Of a stretch of DNA of 64,000 nucleotides, positions 1 to 8,227 are shown piece by piece. The translations under genes and the position numbers were made by a program. Numbering within the stretch: the stretch's first letter is position 1; every line of letters begins with the position of its first letter. Below the pieces are notes generated by a model. That model was not told the DNA's origin. It saw only the letters and a list, made by a program, of their open reading frames with translations, and did no database searches. This DNA is from an uncultured Actinomycetota bacterium (lineage in GTDB: Bacteria; Actinomycetota; Actinomycetes; JAFAQI01): the NCBI GenBank assembly GCA_963770565.1, contig CAVYQE010000002.1, forward strand, positions 256,001 to 320,000, given 5' to 3'.

Positions 1-2
1 TG

Positions 3-146
3 ATGGCACTGTGGCGGATCGAGATGACGACCCAGGACGTCGTGGCCCTCAGCCGGGGCATCGAGATCACAGTCACCGCGGTCGACGAGGAGCAGGAGCT
101 TCCGGAGGACTCGATCGAGGTGACGGTCAGCCTCCTCGACCTGTGA
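3..146 (+). CDS. C-terminal part (or short ORF) of a hypothetical protein at the window edge
   Basis: GC3-rich open frame MALWRIEMTTQDVV...SLLDL ending in TGA at 144-146; likely starts upstream of the window. Confidence 0.5.
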   Translation: MALWRIEMTTQDVVALSRGIEITVTAVDEEQELPEDSIEVTVSLLDL

Positions 147-262
147 CCGGTCGAGCCACCCCGGTTCGCGTGTGAGCGCCGAGCCAGCGTTCTCAAACGG
201 TTTGTGAACCGTTAGTGGTACTGGGCTACTGGCGAGCTCAGGTGATCGTTGCAACACCTTCG

Positions 263-781
263 TTAGCAGAGCTGCGTCAGCACCCCGGTGTCGAGGTCGT
301 AGCGGAAGCCGCCGACGACGACGTCCGCGAGGTATGGCCACGACCGCACTCGCTGCACGTCGAGCCTGACCGCTTCCTCCTGGTCAGGTGCGGTGAGGAA
401 CGAGATGCTGCGAGTGTCGGGACCGCCCGCCGCGGCGATCGCATCGTGGACGTCGGCCTCGGTGCTCTCGGCCATCCGGCACTTGGTGTGCGCGATGATC
501 ATCACCCGGTCGACGCCGAGCAGGTAGCGCGCCAACACCAGCGTGCGCAGTACGTCCTTCGTCGCGCGGGCACCGGCGTTGCGCAGGATCTTGGCATCAC
601 CCGGCCGCAGACCGAGCATTCCCAGCGGCTCGATCCGTGAGTCCATACAGGTGACGACCGCGAGCCCCTTGGCGGCGTGCGCCGGAAGGCCGCCGTGCGC
701 GAAGCTCGACGCGAACTGCGCGTTCGACGCGAGGACGTCGGCGAACGCCTCACCGGGCTGATCGGGCTGCTGGGGCGGCAC
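263..781 (-). CDS. Beta-class carbonic anhydrase
   Basis: Zn ligand motifs TCMDSR and HTKC, plus RNAG; GTG start chosen at 781. Confidence 0.9.
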   Translation of the reverse strand: MPPQQPDQPGEAFADVLASNAQFASSFAHGGLPAHAAKGLAVVTCMDSRIEPLGMLGLRPGDAKILRNAGARATKDVLRTLVLARYLLGVDRVMIIAHTKCRMAESTEADVHDAIAAAGGPDTRSISFLTAPDQEEAVRLDVQRVRSWPYLADVVVGGFRYDLDTGVLTQLC

Positions 782-791
782 GAACGGCAGC

Positions 792-1331
792 CTATTCGGC
801 GCGCAAGAGCTGGTAGACGTACTCGGGCCCCTGGTCGGATGGGTCGGGTGAGTCGAGCTCGCCGGACCACATCCGGGTGAAGCCGGCCCGCTCGAGCACC
901 CGCCACGAAGCCGGGTTGTCCTGCTGGACCGTGACGACAATCGACCGCACCGGCCGCCAGGCGAAGACCAGGTCGGCGAACGCCGAGATCGCCGCGGTGC
1001 CCAGACCGCGGCCGACCGCATCCGCCTCGCCGATCAGGTAGTCGATGCCGGCCGCGCCGGTGACATCGAGGATCCCGTCGAACACCGCCACCCACTCCGG
1101 CTCGTCGGCAAACAGGTAGCGCTGGATCATCCCCACCGGCCGGCCGAGCTCCTCGATCACGAACAGCTCGGTCGGATCCGCGCCGTCGATGCACGGGGCG
1201 TACTTCGCCTCGACCGCGTCGAGGTCGGCCGGCTCGCCGCGCCACCACTGGCTGACGTGCGGCTGGACGAGCCAGTGCGCGAGCAGCGGCAGGTCGGCGC
1301 GCACCATCGGGCGCAGTGCGATCGAGGTCAA
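792..1331 (-). CDS. GNAT N-acetyltransferase (AAC(6')/siderophore acetyltransferase-like)
   Basis: WLxQPHVSQWW, GIDYLIGE, GRGLGT and DNPASWRVLERAGF motifs; TTG start overlaps the dapC stop. Confidence 0.8.
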   Translation of the reverse strand: MTSIALRPMVRADLPLLAHWLVQPHVSQWWRGEPADLDAVEAKYAPCIDGADPTELFVIEELGRPVGMIQRYLFADEPEWVAVFDGILDVTGAAGIDYLIGEADAVGRGLGTAAISAFADLVFAWRPVRSIVVTVQQDNPASWRVLERAGFTRMWSGELDSPDPSDQGPEYVYQLLRAE

Positions 1332-2413
1332 GCGCGGGCCGCGTCGAGCCGCTCGACCGCAGCCGCGACCCGCTCGTCCGTCGCGGTCAGCGCGAACCGA
1401 ACGTGCTGCGCGCCGGCCGCGCCGTAGAACTCCCCGGGGGCGGCCAGGATGCCGAGCCCGGCGAGCCAGCTCACCGTGTCCCAGCACCCTTCGCCGCGGG
1501 TCGACCACAGGTAGAGCCCGGCGCCCGTGTCGTCGACGTCGAAGCCGGCCCGGGTCAACGCGGCGAGCAGGGTCGCCCGGCGCGCGGCGTAACGCTCGCG
1601 CTGCGCGATCACGTGCTCGTCATCGCCGAGCGCGGCGATGATCGCGACCTGGACCGGCTGCGGCACCAACATCCCGGCATGCTTGCGCACCTCATGCAGC
1701 TGGGCGATCAGCGCCGGGTCGCCGGCGACGAAGCCGGCCCGGTAGCCGGCCAGGTTCGACCGCTTCGACAGCGAGTGCACCGCCAGCAGACCGTCGTGCC
1801 GCCCGTCGCACACCTCGGGCGAGAGCACCGACAACGGCCGTTCGGCGCCGAAGTAGATGTCCGCGTAGCACTCGTCGCTAGCGATGACGGTGTCGCGCTC
1901 ACGGGCCCACTCGACCACCTTGCGCAGGTGCTCGCGCGGCAACACCCGCCCGGTCGGGTTGCCGGGCGAGTTCAGCCAGAGCAGGTCGAGCCGCTCCGGC
2001 CCGACCGAGACGGTCGCCTCCACCACGCTGCTGGACGCGCCGGCCAGCCGCGCCCCCACGTCGTACGTCGGATAGGCCAGGGCGGGGTAACCCACGCTCC
2101 GTGCCTCGAGCATCAACGGCATCCACGCGACCAGCTCCTTGGAGCCGATCAGCGGCAGCACCGCCTCCGGCGCGACGTCCGCGCCGAACCGCCGCTTGAT
2201 CCACGCCGAGACGGCCGCCCGCAGGTCGGGCGAGCCGGTGGTGAGCGGATAGCCGGGCGCGTCGGCGGCGCTCGCGAGCGCGCGCTGCACCAGGTCAGGC
2301 GTGGGATCGACCGGCGTGCCGATCGAGAGGTCGACGATCCCGCCGGGATGGGCTCGCGCCTTCTCGCCGTACGGCGCGAGGGTGTCCCAGGGGAAGTCGG
2401 GAAGCGAGATCAC
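1328..2413 (-). CDS. dapC: Succinyldiaminopimelate transaminase
   Basis: LPDFPWD, DLSIGTPVDP and PLP-lysine motif SLSKRSNLAGYR; follows fdxA with a GTGA overlap. Confidence 0.92.
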   Translation of the reverse strand: MISLPDFPWDTLAPYGEKARAHPGGIVDLSIGTPVDPTPDLVQRALASAADAPGYPLTTGSPDLRAAVSAWIKRRFGADVAPEAVLPLIGSKELVAWMPLMLEARSVGYPALAYPTYDVGARLAGASSSVVEATVSVGPERLDLLWLNSPGNPTGRVLPREHLRKVVEWARERDTVIASDECYADIYFGAERPLSVLSPEVCDGRHDGLLAVHSLSKRSNLAGYRAGFVAGDPALIAQLHEVRKHAGMLVPQPVQVAIIAALGDDEHVIAQRERYAARRATLLAALTRAGFDVDDTGAGLYLWSTRGEGCWDTVSWLAGLGILAAPGEFYGAAGAQHVRFALTATDERVAAAVERLDAARA

Positions 2414-2754
2414 GCCTCTGCGTTTTCTCCCGCATGCTCGCCCATCGGGGGCAACGCGGCGACGAACGGGTGGTCCTTGTCGATCTTGCCGACCTTGGAC
2501 GCCCCGCCCGGCGAGCCGATGTCGTCGAAGAACTCGACGTTGGCCTTGTAGTAGTCCTTCCACTGCTCGGGCGTGTCGTCTTCGTAGAAGATCGCCTCAA
2601 CGGGACAGACCGGCTCGCAGGCTCCGCAGTCGACGCACTCGTCGGGGTGGATATAGAGCATGCGGGCGCCCTCGTAGATGCAGTCGACCGGGCATTCCTC
2701 GATGCATGACTTGTCGAGCAAATCCACGCACGGCTCGGCGATCACGTACGTCAC
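2410..2754 (-). CDS. fdxA: 7Fe ferredoxin
   Basis: MTYVIAEPCVDLLDKSCIEECPVDCIY...CVDCGACEPVCP. Confidence 0.96.
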   Translation of the reverse strand: MTYVIAEPCVDLLDKSCIEECPVDCIYEGARMLYIHPDECVDCGACEPVCPVEAIFYEDDTPEQWKDYYKANVEFFDDIGSPGGASKVGKIDKDHPFVAALPPMGEHAGENAEA

Positions 2755-2809
2755 TGTTGCAATCCTCCTCGGGGGCTGCCGCTGTCCCTTCTAGTATCGC
2801 GATCACCCG

Positions 2810-3811
2810 ATGCTGATGCGAACCCGGGAGCCGTGTGTGAGCTGGGGTCAACGGGAGCAACCCGCGCTCGGGACGACCGTAACGCTCCAGGTCTCGACGC
2901 CGGTAGGCCCGATCGGGGTGGTCGGCGTGCTCGTCGAGGCCGACGCGGAGACCTGGTCGATCCGCCGCCGCGACGGCTCGATCAGCACCGTGGCGGTCGC
3001 GTCGATCGCCGCCGGGCGAGTCGTACCGCCCTCCCGGGCGATGCGTGCCACCGTCTCCGAGGTCGAGCGGATAGCGGCGCTCGGCTGGCGCGGGCTCGAG
3101 ACCGAAGCGCTTGGCGAGTGGCTGCTGCGAGCCAGCGGAGGGTTCACCGGCCGGGCGAACTCAGCCCTTGCAATCGGCGATCCGGGCCTGCCGATCTCCT
3201 CAGCGGTGGATGCGGTCGAGTCCTGGTACGCCGCCCGCGGCCTACCGGCCCGCTTCCAACTCCCGGTCCGCGACGCCGCATCCGGGCTGGCCGATCTGCT
3301 CGACGCGGCCGGCTGGCACCGCTCACCGACCGTCCACGTCATGACCGCCGAGATCGGCCATGTCTTGCGGGCCGCGACCGGCTCGACCGATCTCGAGCTC
3401 CGCGTCGAGGACCGTCCGGACCGGTCCTGGCTAGCGTGCTACCGGCAGGACGGCGGCGCGCTGCCACCGGCGGCGCTCGAGGTGCTCACGAACCACCCGC
3501 ATGCTTGCTTCGCGTCGTACCGCGCTGATGGCAAAGCAGTGGCCATTGCGCGCGCCGCGGTCGACGACCGGTGGGCCGGGTTGTTCGCGGTCGAGGTCGC
3601 CCCCGACCTCCGCCGTCTCGGGCTCGGATCACAGGTGAGCGCCGCCGCGCTTCGCTGGGCCGGACAGCAGGGCGCGCGGCGGAGCTACCTGCAGGTCACG
3701 GCGGCGAACGGGCCGGCTATCACGCTCTACGAGCGGCTCGGGTTCGTCCGGCACCACGACTACGTCTACCGCTATCAAGACGCGCCGCCGGACGACCTCG
3801 CCGACTGCTAG
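2810..3811 (+). CDS. GNAT acetyltransferase (actinobacterial family divergent from fdxA)
   Basis: WLLRASGGFTGRANS, RRLGLG and NGPAITLYERLGF motifs; start uncertain. Confidence 0.85.
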   Translation: MLMRTREPCVSWGQREQPALGTTVTLQVSTPVGPIGVVGVLVEADAETWSIRRRDGSISTVAVASIAAGRVVPPSRAMRATVSEVERIAALGWRGLETEALGEWLLRASGGFTGRANSALAIGDPGLPISSAVDAVESWYAARGLPARFQLPVRDAASGLADLLDAAGWHRSPTVHVMTAEIGHVLRAATGSTDLELRVEDRPDRSWLACYRQDGGALPPAALEVLTNHPHACFASYRADGKAVAIARAAVDDRWAGLFAVEVAPDLRRLGLGSQVSAAALRWAGQQGARRSYLQVTAANGPAITLYERLGFVRHHDYVYRYQDAPPDDLADC

Positions 3812-3846
3812 GAGGCTGGCTGGCTCTCCATTCGCTCCACCAGGGT

Positions 3847-4422
3847 CTAGTGGCCGTCGGGGGTGACTCCTTCGAGTGAGGTGTAGTTAGCGACCGATCC
3901 AGGATCCGCAACGCCGCTGTCGTTGGGGGCGACGGCGTTGTCGCTCACGTCCAGGTAGCAGGTGTTCCCGACCGGACCGCAGATCATCGGAACGTCGACG
4001 TCGAGTTTCGCCGGCACGAGACCGGCCGGCAAGGTGAACGCGATCGTGCCTGATGTGCCGCTCTTGATCGCGCCACGAAGGTGGACGATGCCCTGCGCGT
4101 CGACCGCATACGCGGCCGGCCGCTCGACGAGGTCGCCGTAGTTCGTCCAGCCGTTCTCCAGAGTGACTGCGTGCCACTTCAGCGGCGGCAGTGTCTTTGC
4201 CTGCGTCGCGGTGGGCACCGCACTGAGCGTGGATTCCTTGATCTGGGCGCCTGTCACGGTGTTGGCCTTCAGCCGGTTTCCCGAGATCGAGTGCTTCTTG
4301 ATGGTGTTGCCGTTGATCAGGTGGCTCGCTTCGCGCCCCGCGGCAGGTGCGGCAAGGCCGACAACGAGGCCACCGGCGGCGAGCAGAAGCGCCGACGCCG
4401 CAGTCAAACGATGGGTACGCAT
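3847..4422 (-). CDS. Secreted protein with a phage tail-fibre-like C-terminal beta domain
   Basis: Signal peptide ending APAAG; GGAG RBS; C-terminal GIVHLRGAI...FTLPAG motif. Confidence 0.7.
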   Translation of the reverse strand: MRTHRLTAASALLLAAGGLVVGLAAPAAGREASHLINGNTIKKHSISGNRLKANTVTGAQIKESTLSAVPTATQAKTLPPLKWHAVTLENGWTNYGDLVERPAAYAVDAQGIVHLRGAIKSGTSGTIAFTLPAGLVPAKLDVDVPMICGPVGNTCYLDVSDNAVAPNDSGVADPGSVANYTSLEGVTPDGH

Positions 4423-4444
4423 GAGTGCTCCCCCAGCTCAGCGA

Positions 4445-5101
4445 ATGGATGGACGGACGGACGCTACCCACGGCCCGACAACTCGGTGGTCGAACGTTGC
4501 ACCACTGCTCGGCCTGTTGTTCATCGTGCTCGTGGTCGGATCGGTCGCGTTCGGCAATACGCCGAACACCAGCAAGTCACCCGCCGCGGTGCTGGCCTTC
4601 TACAACGCCAACCACGGTCGCGAATACACCTCTGCCTTTCTTGCCGCGCCCGCGGTGGTGATCGGGCTGTTCTGGTTCGCCTATCTGCGGAACTGGCTGC
4701 AGCGTGGGGACGTGAATGAGCGATGGGGCTCGATCGCGTTCGTCGGTGGCATCTTGTTCGCCGTCGTCGGTGGTATCGCCGTCGGCATCGAGCTCGCCCT
4801 CGTCGACACCCCGAAGTACCTCACTCCGGACACCGCGGCGGCGTTGAACTTCCTCGAGTCAGACGTGCCGTTCATCATCTCGTCGATGGCCTTCGGCGTC
4901 ATGGCGATCGCCACGGGCATCGCGGCGCTGAAGAGCCAGTACCTGCCGACCTGGCTGGGCTGGCTGAGCCTCGTGCTCGGCATCATTGCGGTGCTGCCGA
5001 TCGGCGACTTCTTCGCGCTGCCGGGCATCGGCGTGTGGGTGCTTCTCGTCGCGGGAGTGATGTGGTTCCGCAAGGACCCCGAAGGTGTGCTCGCTTCCTA
5101 G
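4445..5101 (+). CDS. Multi-pass membrane protein (DUF4386-like)
   Basis: About 6 hydrophobic segments and an LPTWLGWLS motif; start uncertain (4421 or 4445). Confidence 0.7.
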   Translation: MDGRTDATHGPTTRWSNVAPLLGLLFIVLVVGSVAFGNTPNTSKSPAAVLAFYNANHGREYTSAFLAAPAVVIGLFWFAYLRNWLQRGDVNERWGSIAFVGGILFAVVGGIAVGIELALVDTPKYLTPDTAAALNFLESDVPFIISSMAFGVMAIATGIAALKSQYLPTWLGWLSLVLGIIAVLPIGDFFALPGIGVWVLLVAGVMWFRKDPEGVLAS

Positions 5102-5118
5102 CGAGCGTCCAACCCGGC

Positions 5119-6144
5119 CTAGGAGGCTGCCGGCACGAGGTCGAGCTGCCACTCCGACCAGTGCTCCATGAGCTCGAAGCCGAGCGCGACGTTCACCGCG
5201 ACCATGTAGCTGTTCTCGTCGGCGTTCCAGGTGTTGAGATAGCGCACTTCCGGATGGAGCGCACGGAGCTGCCGCAGGTTGGCGATCTTCAGCAGCAGCC
5301 CGAGCCGGTGGCCGCGATGATCTGACCGCACGACCGTGTCCCACTGGTATCCGACCGTCGCCCCGCCGCACGGCAGCCCCATGCTGGTGAAGCCGACCAG
5401 CGTGCCGCTGTCGTCGTGGCGGGCGGCGACCACGAGTTGCTCGCGACGTCGATCGATCAGCGACTGCTCGTGCGCCCGGTAGCGGTCGGCGCCCCATCGC
5501 TCGGGCTCGAGCTGCAGGTCGCCCTGTGGGGGGTCGGTGCTCATCAGGACTCGAAGGTCCGCCATCTGCGGGACCAGTTCGGCCGGGGTGTGGCGACCCC
5601 ACGCGACGGTCGAGTAGCCGGTCGCGGCGGCCTGCGCGTCGGCCCAGAGCTCGGCGTACCGCTCCTCGAACGGTCCGGCCAGGTCGAGCCGGCGACGAGC
5701 CTCGCTGGTCTTGCGCACCGCGCCGAGCGACTCGGCAAAGGACTCACCGGCCGTTTGCTGCTGACCCTCGGCCGCGCGCGGGATCTCGAACAGGACGGTA
5801 CGCCGTCCGGACCCGGCCAGGTCCTGGAGCATCGCGGCGAGGGCGGCTCGGCCGTAGCCGCGGCGGCGGTGTTCGGGATGCACTCGCAGGTCGACGGTCG
5901 CGAGGCTCAGGTTGTCGTACACAGGCATTCGGGCGAGCCCGGCGACGACCGCGGTCCCCGCCACGACGCCGAGGTGCAGGGCGATGTCCTCGTCGCCGAC
6001 CCGGCCGTTGAGGACCGGGCGGAACTCGTCGATCGGGTCGACCGGCAGCGCGACGAAGTCCGCGGCAAGGCTCGCCGCGGACACCGCATGCCAGTCACGC
6101 AGGCCGGCGTCGTCCCTGACCCGGGACATCACGAGACCGCTCAC
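5119..6144 (-). CDS. Tandem-domain GNAT acetyltransferase
   Basis: Two acetyl-CoA motifs, VHPEHRRRGYG and DHRGHRLG, plus TWNADENSYMVAVNVALGF. Confidence 0.88.
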   Translation of the reverse strand: MSGLVMSRVRDDAGLRDWHAVSAASLAADFVALPVDPIDEFRPVLNGRVGDEDIALHLGVVAGTAVVAGLARMPVYDNLSLATVDLRVHPEHRRRGYGRAALAAMLQDLAGSGRRTVLFEIPRAAEGQQQTAGESFAESLGAVRKTSEARRRLDLAGPFEERYAELWADAQAAATGYSTVAWGRHTPAELVPQMADLRVLMSTDPPQGDLQLEPERWGADRYRAHEQSLIDRRREQLVVAARHDDSGTLVGFTSMGLPCGGATVGYQWDTVVRSDHRGHRLGLLLKIANLRQLRALHPEVRYLNTWNADENSYMVAVNVALGFELMEHWSEWQLDLVPAAS

Positions 6145-6229
6145 GTGACCGTGCTTAGCAGGTCTTTACGCGACCCCGCCACCCGATATCAGGTGGCCGC
6201 ACCACGACGCCGATCGGTAACGTCGAACC

Positions 6230-7156
6230 GTGAGCGAGGAACGCCGTGGCACCGGCTTCGGCGTCGCGGCGTACCTGATCTGGGGGTTGTTCCCGCTCTT
6301 CTTCCCGTTGCTCGAACCGTCCGGCGCGATCGAGATCCTGGCCCACCGGGTGGTCTGGTCGCTGGTCGTCGTCCTGGTCGTCCTGCTGGTGTCGGGCAAC
6401 GCCTGGCGCCGGGTGCCGAAGGCGGGCCGGCCGCTCGGTTTGCTGACCCTCGCCGCGGTCCTGATCGCGGTCAACTGGGGCGTCTACATCTGGGGCGTCA
6501 ACCACGGGCACGTCGTCGAGACGTCGCTTGGCTACTTCGTCAACCCGCTCGTGACGGTCGCGCTGAGCGTGCTGGTCCTGCACGAGCGGCTGCATCGCTA
6601 CCAGTGGGTCGCGGTCGGCATCGCCGCGGCCGGCGTCGTGGTGCTGACGATCCAGGCCGGCCGGCCGCCGTGGATCGCGCTGATCCTCGCCTGCACCTTC
6701 GGCACCTACGGATTGATCAAGAAGGTCGTCGGCGTCGAGCCGGCCGCCGGCCTCGCGGTCGAGACCGCAGTGCTTGCACCGTTCGCGATCGGCTATCTGC
6801 TCGTGCTCGGCGGCCACGGACAGAGCACGTTCACCGCGAACGGGTCAGGTCACGCGCTTCTGCTGGTCGCGTTGGGACCGGTCACGGCGGTGCCGTTGAT
6901 GATGTTCGCCGCAGCCTCGTCGCGGGTGCCGCTGTCGCGGATGGGGCTGATGCAGTACCTCACCCCGACCATCCAGTTCGTGATCGGCGTGGCGGTCCGG
7001 CACGAGCCGTTGCCGGCCCTGCGGCTGATCGGCTTCCTCACGGTGTGGGTCGCGCTCGCGATCTTCACCATCGACGGGGCAACCCGGCTCCGATCCCCGC
7101 ACGCTGCGGGTGAGCGGGTCATGGTCGCCGCGGCAGTGCCCGACCCAGTTCCCTAG
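6230..7156 (+). CDS. rarD: EamA/DMT family transporter RarD
   Basis: AYLIWGLFP, EILAHRVVWS, ETSLGYFVNPL and QYLTPTIQF. Confidence 0.92.
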   Translation: MSEERRGTGFGVAAYLIWGLFPLFFPLLEPSGAIEILAHRVVWSLVVVLVVLLVSGNAWRRVPKAGRPLGLLTLAAVLIAVNWGVYIWGVNHGHVVETSLGYFVNPLVTVALSVLVLHERLHRYQWVAVGIAAAGVVVLTIQAGRPPWIALILACTFGTYGLIKKVVGVEPAAGLAVETAVLAPFAIGYLLVLGGHGQSTFTANGSGHALLLVALGPVTAVPLMMFAAASSRVPLSRMGLMQYLTPTIQFVIGVAVRHEPLPALRLIGFLTVWVALAIFTIDGATRLRSPHAAGERVMVAAAVPDPVP

Positions 7157-7160
7157 CCCG

Positions 7161-7223
7161 AGTTGATCATGGCGAAACGAGCGAAAATCGGCGCGGAAAC
7201 GCCGCTTTTCGCCATGATCAACT
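7161..7223. repeat. REP-like inverted repeat between convergent genes
   Basis: Perfect 17-bp IR: AGTTGATCATGGCGAAA (7161-7177) / TTTCGCCATGATCAACT (7207-7223). Confidence 0.85.
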
Positions 7224-7241
7224 TGTCGTGGCGGGGCGAGG

Positions 7242-8216
7242 CTACGAGCCGGAGGCGGATGCGCCGACCCCGGCCAGCCGGGCGTTGTCGATCACCAGGG
7301 CGGCCGGGCCATCGACCAGACGCAGGGTCGACAGCGCGGTCTCGCCGAACGCGTTCTTCACCGCACTCGACAGCGCGATCATCCCGATCACCGCGCCACC
7401 GTGACCCTTGAGCGGCATCGAGAGGAAGGTCGCCATCCCGCGGTCGTCCTCGTCACCGAGCAGGCCACTCGGGTCGGCGAGCCGCAGCTCGAGATCGGCG
7501 ACCGAGATCGACTGCCCCGACACCGCACCGAGCGCGTCGACCGCCGCGTTGAGCATCCCGGAGTACTGCACCTGCGAGGTCTCCTGCGACACCGCGACGT
7601 ACGCCGTGCGCTCTTCCAGCAGCAGCACCGACGCCAGGTCGTACTCGACGAAGCGCCGAAGCACCTCGAGCACGCCGGCGACGGTCTCCTCGAAGCCGTG
7701 GGTGGTCGCGGCGAGCGAGGTCACCTCGGCGGCAACTGAGGTCTCGAACAGCTTGCGGTCCAACAGGTCGCACACCCGCGACAGCACGTCGTCGTCGCTC
7801 AGCTCGACCGGATCGGCCCGCATCAGCTTGCGGCCCTTCAACGCGGCGGTGGCCGCGTCGACGACCTCGTGCACGGCGGCCACCAGCTGCGGTGCCTCGA
7901 AGTCCTTGGTGAAGTAGCGCTCGGCGCCGGTCTGCACCCCCCAGTAGCGGTCACTGGCCGCGTCGAGCGAGGTCAGCAGGATGATCGGGATGTCCGCGGT
8001 CTGCCAGTCGTCCTTGAGCAGCCGCGCGGCGACGTACCCGGAGACCCGGGGCATCTGCACATCGAGCACCACCACGTCGGGCATCGTCCGGAAGACCTGC
8101 TGGACGGTCGAGACGCCGTCTTCGGCAAGGACGATGTCGAACCCTTCCTTGGTCAGCACAGACGTCAAGATGCGGCGCAGCGTCGGGCTGTCGTCGGCAA
8201 TGACCACGGTCGGCAT
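7242..8216 (-). CDS. Response regulator with REC and GAF-like domains and no recognisable output domain
   Basis: REC motifs ADDS, LDVQMP, LLTS, TK; C-terminus has the GAF signature SMPLKG...IGMIALS...LVIDNARL. Confidence 0.85.
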   Translation of the reverse strand: MPTVVIADDSPTLRRILTSVLTKEGFDIVLAEDGVSTVQQVFRTMPDVVVLDVQMPRVSGYVAARLLKDDWQTADIPIILLTSLDAASDRYWGVQTGAERYFTKDFEAPQLVAAVHEVVDAATAALKGRKLMRADPVELSDDDVLSRVCDLLDRKLFETSVAAEVTSLAATTHGFEETVAGVLEVLRRFVEYDLASVLLLEERTAYVAVSQETSQVQYSGMLNAAVDALGAVSGQSISVADLELRLADPSGLLGDEDDRGMATFLSMPLKGHGGAVIGMIALSSAVKNAFGETALSTLRLVDGPAALVIDNARLAGVGASASGS

Positions 8217-8227
8217 AACTGTCTCCT

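Noticed and set aside
1328-2413. dapC as an occupied phage attachment site
   Set aside because: The gene is intact, with no duplication or integrase nearby.
5416-7113. Long alternative ORFs overlapping real genes (for example 5416-7113, 49380-51074, 47119-48705, 58944-60584)
   Set aside because: These Arg/Pro/Gly-rich shadow frames are expected at high GC and have no domain motifs.
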